Assembly: GCA_964355275.1 (NCBI GenBank)
Contig: CAYHCB010000004.1
Span: forward strand, 22,615-86,614
Direction: 5' to 3'
Source: an uncultured Gammaproteobacteria bacterium
GTDB lineage: Bacteria; Patescibacteriota; Patescibacteriia; Patescibacteriales; UBA12465
DNA length: 64,000 nucleotides
The translations under genes were made by a program, and so were the position numbers. Positions 1 to 9,260 of the stretch are shown here, in pieces; positions within the stretch are counted from its first letter, which is position 1; every line of letters begins with the position of its first letter. The notes below the pieces were generated by a model. It had not been told where the DNA came from. It made no database searches and worked only from the letters and a program-made list of their open reading frames with translations.

Positions 1-171
1 ATTGATATTAAATTAGCAATAACAAAAAACCAGGTTACAGCCGATAAATTAAAAAAGTTTCCTAAATAACTTGATTGTATATATGTAGGTAGAGCACCGG
101 CCACCGCCAAAAAAAAGGCCATGGAGTATAAAATATTTAAATTAATTTTTGATTTTTTCCAAAAAATTAGA

Positions 172-972
<801 letters not shown>

Positions 973-973
973 G

Positions 974-1055
974 TGCGGGCGGAGAGACTCGAACTCTCAA
1001 GAGTTGCCCCGCTAGCTCCTAAGGCTAGTGCGTCTACCAATTTCGCCACGCCCGC
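974..1055 (-). tRNA. tRNA-Leu (anticodon TAG)
   Basis: The reverse complement folds as a class II tRNA: acceptor GCGGGCG/CGCCCGC, anticodon loop CTTAGGA, long variable arm, T-loop TTCGAGT. No CCA is encoded. Confidence 0.9.
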
Positions 1056-1135
1056 ATGTTTATTATCTTATCTAATTATTCGTTTAATGTAAAGAATGTG
1101 ATATAATAATTAAAAATAATATAAAATAAATAAAT

Positions 1136-3541
1136 ATGAAAAAAATTTCATTTATTAAATTCTTTAAAGAGTTAAGTATCTTAGATGTCCCTTCTGTGGG
1201 GGGCAAAAATGCGTCTTTAGGCGAAATGTATCGTAAATTATCAGATAAAGGAATTCATGTGCCCAATGGATTCGCGACCACCTCAGAAGCTTATCGTTAT
1301 TTTTTAGAAAATACCGGACTTAAAGATAAAATTAAAAACATTTTAAAAGATTTAAATACAAAAGATGTTAAAGCTCTAATGAAAAAAGGTGCCGCTATTC
1401 GTCAACTTATCATGGACGCGGAATTATCGGAAGATTTCAAAAAAGCAATTTTACTAGCGTATCATAAATTATCAGCGGAGCATAAAGTTAAAGCTTTAGA
1501 TGTGGCGGTTCGCTCTTCGGCAACAGCTGAGGATTTGCCAGACGCCTCTTTTGCCGGACAACAGGAAAGTTTTTTAAATATCGTTGGTGACAAAGCTTTA
1601 CTTCAAGCCGTTAAAGCTTGTATTGCTTCTCTTTTTAATGACAGGGCTATTTCTTATCGTGTAGATAAAGGTTTTGATCATTTTTCTATTGCTTTATCAG
1701 TTGGGGTACAAAAAATGGTTAGATCTGATTTAGGGGCGTCTGGTGTTATGTTTACTATTGACACTGAATCAGGATTTAAAAATGCGGTGCTGATTAACTC
1801 AATTTATGGTCTGGGTGAAAATATTGTTCAAGGAAGAGTTAACCCTGATGAGTTTTATGTTTTTAAACCAACAATGGCTATTATTTCTAAAGCTATTGGC
1901 AAAAAAGCCTTGCGAATGGTTTATGATACAAAAGGAAAATTACCAGTTAAAAATATAGATGTTTCTCCTGGAGATCAACTGAAACAATCAATTACCGACG
2001 AGCAAGTAAAGCAATTAGCTAAATGGGCCATTTTAATTGAAGAGCATTACAAGCGGCCGATGGATATAGAGTGGGGTTATGACGGAAAAACAAAAAAACT
2101 TTATATTTTACAAGCCAGACCAGAAACGGTTGAAAGTATTAAGGATCGTAATTTTTTAGAACGTTATATAATAAGTCGTAAAGGTAAGATTATTGTTAGT
2201 GGTCAGAGCGTTGGTAGTCGCATCGGTGAAGGAGTAGCTAACCGAATAATGAGCATAAAAGATATTAATGATTTTAAAAAAGGACAGGTTTTGGTGACTG
2301 ATATGACTGATCCAGATTGGGAGCCGATTATGAAAATTGCCTCAGCTATTGTTACTGATAAAGGGGGCAGAACTTGTCACGCCGCGATTGTTTCTCGTGA
2401 GTTAGGAATTCCTTGCGTAGTCGGTACTAATAATGGCTCGAGTAAAATAAAAAAAGGCAGCTTAGTAACCGTTTCTTGCGCTGAAGGCGATGCCGGTTTT
2501 GTTTATGAAGATAAAATTCCTTATAAAATAGAAAAAACCAATGTTAAAGAAATAAAACGACCAAAAACTAAAATAATGATGAATATTGCTGAGCCAGATT
2601 TAGCTTTTTCTTGTTCACAAATTCCTAATGATGGCGTTGGCTTAGCTAGATTAGAGTTTATTATAAATAATTATATTAAAATTCATCCGCTTGCTCTTTT
2701 AAATTACCAAAATCTAAAAGATAAAGAAGCTAAAAGAAAAATTGACGAGTTAACGATCGGTTATAATAAAAAATCTGATTATTTTATTGATCGTTTAGCA
2801 CAGGGGGTCGCCATGATTACGGCCGCTTTTTATCCAAAGGATGTTATTGTTCGTTTGTCTGATTTTAAAACAAATGAATATGCTAATTTAATTGGTGGCC
2901 GAGAATTCGAGCCGGTTGAATCTAATCCGATGATTGGTTGGCGGGGGGCTAGTAGATATTATGCTCCGGAATTTTTACCAGCCTTTATTTTAGAATGTCA
3001 GGCTCTAAAAAGAGTTAGAGATGATTTTGGTCTTAAAAATTTAAAGGTCATGGTTCCTTTTTGTCGAACAGTTGAAGAAGGAAAAAGAGTTTTAGAAATT
3101 ATGGCAAAAAATGGTTTAAAAAGAGGACAAAATGGTTTAGAAGTTTATGTTATGGCGGAAATTCCAGCCAATGTTATTTTAGCTGATCAGTTCTGTAAAA
3201 TATTTGATGGTTTTTCTATTGGTTCTAATGATTTAACTCAACTAGTTTTAGGTATTGATCGTGATTCTGGTGGCACCTTAGTTGTAGAGGGCGTTTCCAA
3301 TGAAAAAAATGAGGCTGTTAAGATTTTAATAAAAAATTTAATTGATGTTGCTAAAAAGAATCATCGAAAAGTTGGTATATGTGGTCAAGGTCCTAGTGAT
3401 TTTCCCGAGTTTGCTGAGTTTTTAGCAGAGTGTGGAATTGATAGCATTTCTTTAATTCCCGATACAGTTATTAAAACAACAATCTTAATTAATAAAAAAG
3501 AAAAAACTAAGACCCGCGGATTTTTGTCTTTCTTGCTCTAA
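1136..3541 (+). CDS. ppsA: Phosphoenolpyruvate synthase (pyruvate, water dikinase)
   Basis: 801 aa. It has an N-terminal ATP-grasp region, the phosphohistidine motif GGRTCHAAIVSRELGIPCVVG and a C-terminal PEP-utilising domain. Confidence 0.9.
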   Translation: MKKISFIKFFKELSILDVPSVGGKNASLGEMYRKLSDKGIHVPNGFATTSEAYRYFLENTGLKDKIKNILKDLNTKDVKALMKKGAAIRQLIMDAELSEDFKKAILLAYHKLSAEHKVKALDVAVRSSATAEDLPDASFAGQQESFLNIVGDKALLQAVKACIASLFNDRAISYRVDKGFDHFSIALSVGVQKMVRSDLGASGVMFTIDTESGFKNAVLINSIYGLGENIVQGRVNPDEFYVFKPTMAIISKAIGKKALRMVYDTKGKLPVKNIDVSPGDQLKQSITDEQVKQLAKWAILIEEHYKRPMDIEWGYDGKTKKLYILQARPETVESIKDRNFLERYIISRKGKIIVSGQSVGSRIGEGVANRIMSIKDINDFKKGQVLVTDMTDPDWEPIMKIASAIVTDKGGRTCHAAIVSRELGIPCVVGTNNGSSKIKKGSLVTVSCAEGDAGFVYEDKIPYKIEKTNVKEIKRPKTKIMMNIAEPDLAFSCSQIPNDGVGLARLEFIINNYIKIHPLALLNYQNLKDKEAKRKIDELTIGYNKKSDYFIDRLAQGVAMITAAFYPKDVIVRLSDFKTNEYANLIGGREFEPVESNPMIGWRGASRYYAPEFLPAFILECQALKRVRDDFGLKNLKVMVPFCRTVEEGKRVLEIMAKNGLKRGQNGLEVYVMAEIPANVILADQFCKIFDGFSIGSNDLTQLVLGIDRDSGGTLVVEGVSNEKNEAVKILIKNLIDVAKKNHRKVGICGQGPSDFPEFAEFLAECGIDSISLIPDTVIKTTILINKKEKTKTRGFLSFLL

Positions 3542-3550
3542 TATTTTTAT

Positions 3551-3586
3551 AAAAAGACACCCCATATTATAGGGGTGTCTTTTTTA
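3551..3586. terminator. Bidirectional rho-independent terminator between ppsA and the 3D-domain gene
   Basis: Stem AGACACCCC / GGGGTGTCT with an A-run on the 5' side and a T-run on the 3' side. Confidence 0.8.
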
Positions 3587-3605
3587 ATATATATTGATTT
3601 AAAAA

Positions 3606-4226
3606 TTATTCTAAAACTTGGATTCTGGCTGTTTTTATACCAAACTTCATGGCACTTGGTCTATCTTTCATCCAGACATCAACGCGGTTAGGATGTTTTT
3701 TGTTCATTCTATCGCGAACTACAAAAACACGATCACCAAATAAGTCAGGAATTTTTACTTTAGTACCAAACTTTAAAAAGTTGGCAGCAATAGTATCTTC
3801 TTGCCCGTGTTTGCAAACATTAAAACCATTAGCTGTAATACAGGGGGAGTCATCGGTCTGCCCAACTTCGGAATTATAAGCGGTCATTACATGGACGCTA
3901 GTACTTTTTACCTTTTGTTCTTCTTTTTCTGGGGCGGTAGACTCTGATTCAATCGGCTGCGATTTAACAGTCTTTATTACAGGAGTTGGGGTCACCTCTA
4001 TAGTATCGGCAATTTTTTGAGCATTTTTGTCCATGTCCGTACTTTTACTCATTTCCCCTAAACTAATTTGCTGCTCATCTTGAGCGGCCACAGTTTCCGC
4101 GGCTAATGCGGGTGTGAAGAATAGTAAAAATTGAAAAATACAGGCAATTAACAATAATAAAACAAGACTTTGCTTTCTACTGAGAGGTACAATCTCCTCT
4201 CCAAATTTTTGAAGACGTTTTTTCAT
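3606..4226 (-). CDS. Secreted/membrane-anchored 3D-domain (RlpA-like double-psi barrel) cell-wall protein
   Basis: 206 aa with an N-terminal TM/signal segment. The C-terminal block TAYNSEVGQTDDSPCITANG...VFVVRDRM is typical of 3D domains. Confidence 0.7.
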   Translation of the reverse strand: MKKRLQKFGEEIVPLSRKQSLVLLLLIACIFQFLLFFTPALAAETVAAQDEQQISLGEMSKSTDMDKNAQKIADTIEVTPTPVIKTVKSQPIESESTAPEKEEQKVKSTSVHVMTAYNSEVGQTDDSPCITANGFNVCKHGQEDTIAANFLKFGTKVKIPDLFGDRVFVVRDRMNKKHPNRVDVWMKDRPSAMKFGIKTARIQVLE

Positions 4227-4285
4227 AAGTTTATATAATTTGCCGTAAATAAAAACCCCAGAGTAAGGGGTTTTTGCGACCTATA

Positions 4286-4314
4286 TTTATATCACAGGAC
4301 TATTTATAAGTCAA
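4286..4314 (-). promoter_or_regulatory. Sigma70-like promoter for the 3D-domain gene
   Basis: On the minus strand: TTGACT, a 17-nt spacer, then TATAAA preceded by TGn (extended -10). Confidence 0.5.
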
Positions 4315-4430
4315 GACCTACCTGGGGATAAACCATTGACATTATTTAATAAATATGTTAAACTATTTTTAACTGGAAAATAGCTTTCTAGTTTAAAAAA
4401 CGTATATTAACAATAAAAACCATAGAAACC

Positions 4431-5189
4431 ATGAAAAAATTCTTGTTTATTATGATCGCGCTGATTTCTTTTAGCGCCCAGGCTCAAACCTACACCGAAA
4501 CTCAGGAAAGAGTTAATGAGGAAATTTTAAAACTTCAAACGAGACTCGACGAAGTGAAAAATCAAATCTATTATTTAGAGGTTACTCTGGATAAAGATAT
4601 TTACGAAATAAGCCATAAACCAAACTTAACTTTCGTTAATAAAGCTGAGTTAGCGGAAATGGAAAAGAAAAAACACTTTGCCCCTGAAGACTTAGTAACA
4701 CTTAAACTGGAAAAAACTAAACTCGAAGAAACTCTTGCTGGTTTAAAGGAAACCGGTTTAGAGGGCACAGGGTATCGTACCCAAAGTGACATGAGGTCTA
4801 ACTTGCCTGAGCAGATGAGTCCACGCCAGTACAGACGCTATAGCCGTACCCAGTCTTATAAACTATCTGAGGGGACAATTAATTCAGATGGTAATTCTTC
4901 ATCAGTGAATCAGTTCAAGGGCGTTCTTATAAATGATAAAACCGGACTTAATGAAGTGACCATATTTTATATCACTCGCACCGATATAAAAAATTTACCC
5001 ACCGTCTCCATCGAGGTTGATCCGGGAAAAAGAAAAACTTGGTTATTGGCGGCCGGCACCTATCAGGTACAAATTGTTTGTGGCTCTTATAACGCTACAA
5101 GAATCTTCCACGTTGATCCGAGAGTATTAAATTGGGTTGACAATGATTATGCTTATTTTGGAATCAGAAAAACCATGAGTGATTGGTAA
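4431..5189 (+). CDS. Hypothetical secreted protein
   Basis: 252 aa. It has the signal peptide MKKFLFIMIALISFSAQAQ, an N-terminal coiled-coil-like segment and a C-terminal beta-rich region. I recognise no family. Confidence 0.6.
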   Translation: MKKFLFIMIALISFSAQAQTYTETQERVNEEILKLQTRLDEVKNQIYYLEVTLDKDIYEISHKPNLTFVNKAELAEMEKKKHFAPEDLVTLKLEKTKLEETLAGLKETGLEGTGYRTQSDMRSNLPEQMSPRQYRRYSRTQSYKLSEGTINSDGNSSSVNQFKGVLINDKTGLNEVTIFYITRTDIKNLPTVSIEVDPGKRKTWLLAAGTYQVQIVCGSYNATRIFHVDPRVLNWVDNDYAYFGIRKTMSDW

Positions 5190-5206
5190 ATTAATTAAAA
5201 AAGTTT

Positions 5207-5244
5207 AAAAAAAGGGCTATCAAAATGATAGTCCTTTTTCTTTT
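5207..5244. terminator. Rho-independent terminator (convergent genes)
   Basis: Stem GGGCTATCA / TGATAGTCC followed by a T-run. Confidence 0.7.
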
Positions 5245-5262
5245 ATTTATAGAATATTATTT

Positions 5263-5685
5263 TTATGGAGTGATTATTGCCCCCCCTGCGCCACCGCCAC
5301 CAGCAAATGGTAAATAGGTAAAGACTGACCAAGTTATAGCATAGGCGGCAATTACAATTATTAAACCGATAATGGAATTAGTTAGAGACTCTTTAGCTTT
5401 TTTTATAGAATCCTCATTCCCCTGAGAAGTCATCCATTTAAATCCGGCCATTATAGTTAAAGCTAGAAAAACAATACCCAAAAAACCAAGGACAGATTTA
5501 ATCAGCATCCCAATAATTGTTGCTAAATTACTATTACTGGCTAATCCAGAGCCAGCCATTAAGGCGGTGTCCTGGCTGTCTAATCCAGCGGTATCTATAG
5601 AAGATGCAGCAAAAAGGCCAGTTACAAAGAGTAACTGAAATATAAACAGAAAAATAGAAAATCCTAAAATTTTTAATTTACTCAT
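5263..5685 (-). CDS. VirB2/TrbC-like small pilin-type membrane protein, paralog 1
   Basis: 140 aa with a signal peptide, a variable segment, TM1, the loop KWMTSQGNEDSIKKAKES, TM2 and a Gly-rich tail. Its start overlaps the stop of paralog 2 (ATGA). Confidence 0.7.
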   Translation of the reverse strand: MSKLKILGFSIFLFIFQLLFVTGLFAASSIDTAGLDSQDTALMAGSGLASNSNLATIIGMLIKSVLGFLGIVFLALTIMAGFKWMTSQGNEDSIKKAKESLTNSIIGLIIVIAAYAITWSVFTYLPFAGGGGAGGAIITP

Positions 5686-6092
5686 ATTGTTTTTATAAAA
5701 ACTGTTTTAATGAAGGTCCAAATAGCATAAGAAGAAATAACTACAATTAAACCAATAGTTGCTCTTGTTACCGAATCTTTTGCCTTTGTGACTTGATCCT
5801 CGTTACCTTGAGCGGTCATCCACTTGTAGCCAGCAATAATAACAATAAAGATAAATATTACACCAAGGATGCTTAGAGCGGTATTTATAACTATACCAAG
5901 AATTGAAGCCAAAGATGTGTTAGTAGCTTCATCTTTATACGGACCACTAACGGCAGCGGCTTTATTTAACCTTTCTAATGGGGAGGCGCCTTCTGTTAAG
6001 ATGGTTGTTGAGGCGGCAAACACTAAGCCAGGAACAATTAAAATTAAAGTTAGAAAAAAAACATTGAGCCAAGATTTTAATTTTTTTACCAT
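5682..6092 (-). CDS. VirB2/TrbC-like small pilin-type membrane protein, paralog 2
   Basis: 136 aa with the same architecture; loop KWMTAQGNEDQVTKAKDS. Confidence 0.7.
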   Translation of the reverse strand: MVKKLKSWLNVFFLTLILIVPGLVFAASTTILTEGASPLERLNKAAAVSGPYKDEATNTSLASILGIVINTALSILGVIFIFIVIIAGYKWMTAQGNEDQVTKAKDSVTRATIGLIVVISSYAIWTFIKTVFIKTI

Positions 6093-6100
6093 AAATGATT

Positions 6101-6487
6101 TTATGTAAATATTCTTAATAAAAAAGTAGTTAAAGCATAACCTCCGATTACAAACAATAAACCGATTAAAGCGCTGGTTAAATTATCTTTTGCTTTGGTA
6201 ACTTTAGCTTCATTACCTTGAGCGGTCATCCAAACAAAACCACTATAAAAAATTAAAGCCATTACAATTATTCCTAATAGAGAAAAAAGAGCGGTTAAAA
6301 TTAAACCAATATAATACTCAGGGTCTTGTGGTGCGGGATAGTTTGCTTTTTCTGAAAAAGTGCCAAGAACACCGTCTTGAGAAAAACCATCTTTTAAGCC
6401 GACGGCTAATATTGGTTGGGCAATAAAAAAACAACTTAAAAAAAATAATGGAAAAAAATATTTAGTTAAATTTAATTTTTTTAACAT
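6101..6487 (-). CDS. VirB2/TrbC-like small pilin-type membrane protein, paralog 3
   Basis: 128 aa with the same architecture; loop VWMTAQGNEAKVTKAKDN. Confidence 0.7.
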   Translation of the reverse strand: MLKKLNLTKYFFPLFFLSCFFIAQPILAVGLKDGFSQDGVLGTFSEKANYPAPQDPEYYIGLILTALFSLLGIIVMALIFYSGFVWMTAQGNEAKVTKAKDNLTSALIGLLFVIGGYALTTFLLRIFT

Positions 6488-6508
6488 TTAAATTTGAAAG
6501 AGTAATTT

Positions 6509-6907
6509 TTATTGTATTACTGGCGGAACGTTTGTTTTATAAAAAATATTCATTATAAAAAAGGTTATCCCATAGGCCGCTATTACGATAATTAAACCGA
6601 CAGTGGCTCTAATTAAGGTTTCCTTGGCCTTAGTTACTTGGGCAGCATCTCCTTGAGCCGTCATCCATTGTATACCGGCATAAATTGTTAATATAAAAAA
6701 AATAATACCTAAAAAAGAAAAAAGAAGAATTAAAACTGTGCCAACATGTGCCTCGGGTTCCAGGCTATTACTTAAGCCAGTTTTCTCCGCCATTTTCTGT
6801 AAACCACTACCTTCATTAAAAGTATAAGAAGCCGCCGCGTTAACAGAGAAAAAAGAAATCATTATAAATATTATACTAAGTAGCGGTAAAATTAAGTATT
6901 TTCTCAT
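6509..6907 (-). CDS. VirB2/TrbC-like small pilin-type membrane protein, paralog 4
   Basis: 132 aa with the same architecture; loop QWMTAQGDAAQVTKAKET. Confidence 0.7.
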   Translation of the reverse strand: MRKYLILPLLSIIFIMISFFSVNAAASYTFNEGSGLQKMAEKTGLSNSLEPEAHVGTVLILLFSFLGIIFFILTIYAGIQWMTAQGDAAQVTKAKETLIRATVGLIIVIAAYGITFFIMNIFYKTNVPPVIQ

Positions 6908-6915
6908 AGAGCAAG

Positions 6916-7302
6916 CTATTTAACTAGTTGGTTACCAACAAACGATGTTATCGAGTAAGCGGCGGTGACAATTATTAAACCAATAAGAGCATTAATTAAT
7001 AATTCTTTAGCTTTATCAACTTGAGCGGAGTTCCCTTGAGCGGTCATCCACATCAAACCAGCATAAATGGTTAGTATTAAAAATATTATGCCAACAAATG
7101 ACAGAATTAAGCCAACTATACCGCCGACTCTATCAAGAATTGTATCTTTAGCGTTCATACCCGTTTGACCACTAAAAGCAGGAATTTTTTTAGCAGTACT
7201 ATTTAAACCATCAATAGCGCTCGTATCGCCGGCCGCAAAAACAGGAGTTGTTAGACTGATAGATAAACTAAAAATTACTAAGAAATATTTTATTAAATTC
7301 AT
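6916..7302 (-). CDS. VirB2/TrbC-like small pilin-type membrane protein, paralog 5
   Basis: The track ORF extends to 7359. The internal ATG at 7302 (MNLIKYFLVIF...) gives a normal signal peptide like the paralogs. Loop MWMTAQGNSAQVDKAKEL. Confidence 0.65.
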   Translation of the reverse strand: MNLIKYFLVIFSLSISLTTPVFAAGDTSAIDGLNSTAKKIPAFSGQTGMNAKDTILDRVGGIVGLILSFVGIIFLILTIYAGLMWMTAQGNSAQVDKAKELLINALIGLIIVTAAYSITSFVGNQLVK

Positions 7303-7401
7303 ATATTTTTTCACTGCCCTAAAGCTAATTAAATTTAGATTCAAGGCGGTGCCCCCCATAAAATATGAGGGGCCATTTTTCTAAAATCGATTTTCGAAAA
7401 A

Positions 7402-7803
7402 TTAGTTGTTTGTACCAGCTCCACCAGTGGAAACAGTAACTGCGGTTTTGAGAACGTAATTAGCGATACCCCAAGCAGAAAGTATAATAATTATACCAAC
7501 TACACCGGCAACCATTAATTTTTTTGCTTCTCCAACTTTTTCTTCGTTACCCATAGCGGTCATCCATTTGAAACCACCGACTAGAACGATAACAACAGCG
7601 ATTAAGCCTAAGAAAAGCATAGCGGTGTTGATTAAACTAGTTGCAGTGTTCAAAGGGGATGTATTGCCTAATTTAACGGTATTTTGTACTTCGGTTGTTC
7701 CTAAATCCTCAATTGTAGGATTTACGGCCAAAGACATGGCTGGAATAACAAAAATAGATAATACGAAAACTAAAGATAATAAATTCTTAGCGATTTTTTT
7801 CAT
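7402..7803 (-). CDS. VirB2/TrbC-like small pilin-type membrane protein, paralog 6 (first gene of the array)
   Basis: 133 aa; loop KWMTAMGNEEKVGEAKKL. A strong SD (GGAAGGTGGTGA) lies upstream. Confidence 0.7.
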   Translation of the reverse strand: MKKIAKNLLSLVFVLSIFVIPAMSLAVNPTIEDLGTTEVQNTVKLGNTSPLNTATSLINTAMLFLGLIAVVIVLVGGFKWMTAMGNEEKVGEAKKLMVAGVVGIIIILSAWGIANYVLKTAVTVSTGGAGTNN

Positions 7804-7850
7804 AATTCACCACCTTCCTAGTTTTTAATATTTTTATAATTTATGTAATT

Positions 7851-7879
7851 ATTTTAGCATATTGGAAGTAACAAGACAA
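7851..7879 (-). promoter_or_regulatory. Candidate promoter of the pilin-like array
   Basis: On the minus strand: TTGTCT, a 17-nt spacer, then TAAAAT, about 45 nt upstream of the paralog 6 start. Confidence 0.4.
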
Positions 7880-7910
7880 ATAAATTAAATTGTGTATAAA
7901 GGAGCTATTA

Positions 7911-8255
7911 CTAGATGTCAAGACTATGTTTTAAGATGACTGTGTTTTTATTTTTTAGCTTTATTATTATTAAATCTAGTCTGGATTTATTATAATTAAA
8001 AGAGTTAAGAGAACAATAAGCTTTTAGTGCTAGACGCAATCTGGCCACTTGTTTAACCTTTAAAACTGTAAAAGCTAGCTCGATATTATTTTTTCTAGTT
8101 TTAACTTCAATACCAATTATTATTTTTTTATGGGCAATTATATCTAACTCGCTGTGGTGAAAGCGCCAGTTTGTTTCTAAAATAGTATAACCTTTATTTT
8201 TTAAATACTCTTTCGCGATATTTTCGCCCCAATTTCCAATTATTTTTTTGTTCAT
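7911..8255 (-). CDS. YraN-family (UPF0102) endonuclease-like protein
   Basis: GENIAKEYLKNKGY...ELDIIA...IEVKTR is the YraN pattern. The start is set at the ATG at 8255, because the track start at 8270 lies inside the upstream terminator hairpin. Confidence 0.7.
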   Translation of the reverse strand: MNKKIIGNWGENIAKEYLKNKGYTILETNWRFHHSELDIIAHKKIIIGIEVKTRKNNIELAFTVLKVKQVARLRLALKAYCSLNSFNYNKSRLDLIIIKLKNKNTVILKHSLDI

Positions 8256-8286
8256 ATAAAAACCCCTCACAAAGGAGGGGTTTTTG
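8256..8286 (-). terminator. Rho-independent terminator
   Basis: Stem ACCCCTC / GAGGGGT followed by a T-run on the minus strand. Confidence 0.6.
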
Positions 8287-8310
8287 TGCTCTTTAAACTT
8301 ATTTTATAAT

Positions 8311-8694
8311 TTATGGTAGATATTTTTTTATTTGATCAATTTCTCCTTGTTGTTTTCTTCTGGCGGCAATTTTTTTTAAACCTTTAATAATATAAGTTGC
8401 CCACCAAATAGCTATTATTAACCAGATTAGATACCAAAAATGAGCGGAAAAAAATGGAACTATTTCATAATTAAAAAATAAAAGAAGTAGACCAATAAAA
8501 GCGTTAGAGATACAAAAATCGTAAATGTTTGAAAAAAAATGATGAAATAAACCTTTTTTCTTTTTAGCAATAAAAAATATAATAGAACCGATGATTAAGG
8601 TAATAATAATCCCAATAAAAATATTTCTAGCCGTGCCACTCATACTCCCCGGTCTTAGATTAAACCAAAAAGCAAGTGATAATAATGTTGACAT
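8311..8694 (-). CDS. Hypothetical membrane protein
   Basis: About 4 TM segments. The start is set at the ATG at 8694, because the longer track ORF overlaps the upstream gene by 56 nt. Confidence 0.5.
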   Translation of the reverse strand: MSTLLSLAFWFNLRPGSMSGTARNIFIGIIITLIIGSIIFFIAKKKKGLFHHFFSNIYDFCISNAFIGLLLLFFNYEIVPFFSAHFWYLIWLIIAIWWATYIIKGLKKIAARRKQQGEIDQIKKYLP

Positions 8695-8698
8695 AGTT

Positions 8699-9250
8699 TT
8701 ATAATTTTTTAAGAAGAAGGGCGTGATATTGTTCTCCAACCGCGAACTCTTCAATAATAGTTAAGCTTAATTTAGGTGCTGTTTGTTTTAAAACCTCAAT
8801 ATTTAGGCGATGTTCTGGTTTAGGCCCAAATAATAAAGCATCACTTTTGAAGTCGATTATTAATAATTTTCCACCATGCTTTATTAGTCTAACAGCTTCG
8901 CGTAAAATTTCAACCTTTTTTTCGGATTGATGTAAAACGTTTATAAGTAGGGCGGCATCAACACTCGAGGCTTCAATTTTTGTTCCTTTAAAAATTTCCA
9001 AATTACTCCAAACAGTCTTAATTTGTGGCAAATTATCAGTGTGGGCTCTTTTTTTTATTTCATCAAGAACAGCGGGGAGAATATCAACGGCATAAAGAGT
9101 TCCATTTTTACCTATTATTTTAGCTAAAGGAAAAACAAAATAGCCAAAGTGGCCACAACCAAGTTCGGCCACCACATTATTTTCTTTGACCGCTATTTTT
9201 TTTAAAGCAAGCTCTATATCAAAGAGTTTAACTCTTAGGTTTTTAGGCAT
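8699..9250 (-). CDS. Class I SAM-dependent methyltransferase
   Basis: 183 aa with motif I VAELGCGHFGY and a downstream acidic loop. Confidence 0.7.
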   Translation of the reverse strand: MPKNLRVKLFDIELALKKIAVKENNVVAELGCGHFGYFVFPLAKIIGKNGTLYAVDILPAVLDEIKKRAHTDNLPQIKTVWSNLEIFKGTKIEASSVDAALLINVLHQSEKKVEILREAVRLIKHGGKLLIIDFKSDALLFGPKPEHRLNIEVLKQTAPKLSLTIIEEFAVGEQYHALLLKKL

Positions 9251-9260
9251 ATTTTTTTTA

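Noticed and set aside
1-171. Possible 3'-partial minus-strand membrane-protein ORF running off the left edge (…LAVAGALPTYIQSSYLGNFFNLSAVTWFFVIANLIS).
   Set aside because: It has only about 40 codons, no clear ATG or SD and no recognisable motif. That is too little evidence to call a feature.
3649-3879. Antisense 'shadow' ORFs in the track. Examples are 3649-3879, 4601-4792, 5869-6108, 7568-7828, 12201-12689, 13188-13460, 14979-15188, 24296-24496, 33031-33234, 37206-37424, 44561-44902, 46178-46378, 46652-46870, 48462-48962, 49011-49223, 54413-54616, 56749-56946, 57307-57531, 58021-58254, 61163-61516 and 61604-61909.
   Set aside because: Each lies fully inside, and opposite to, a long ORF with clear family motifs. 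Their products are low-complexity (S/F/L/I-rich), as expected from the reverse strand of Lys/Glu-rich AT-biased genes. None has an SD or a promoter.
4250-4430. Cyclic-di-AMP (ydaO-type) riboswitch upstream of the 3D-domain cell-wall gene.
   Set aside because: The predicted leader is only about 50 nt, and the divergent region lacks the pseudo-two-fold ydaO helices and conserved ACGGGGA-type blocks as far as I can see.
5263-7803. Regularly spaced conserved 17-mer (CCTTGAGCGGTCATCCA, about every 400-430 bp), considered as a possible CRISPR-like or other non-coding repeat array.
   Set aside because: The repeat is the coding sequence of the conserved WMTAQG loop of six paralogous genes. The spacing equals the gene length, and there are no short uniform spacers or cas genes.
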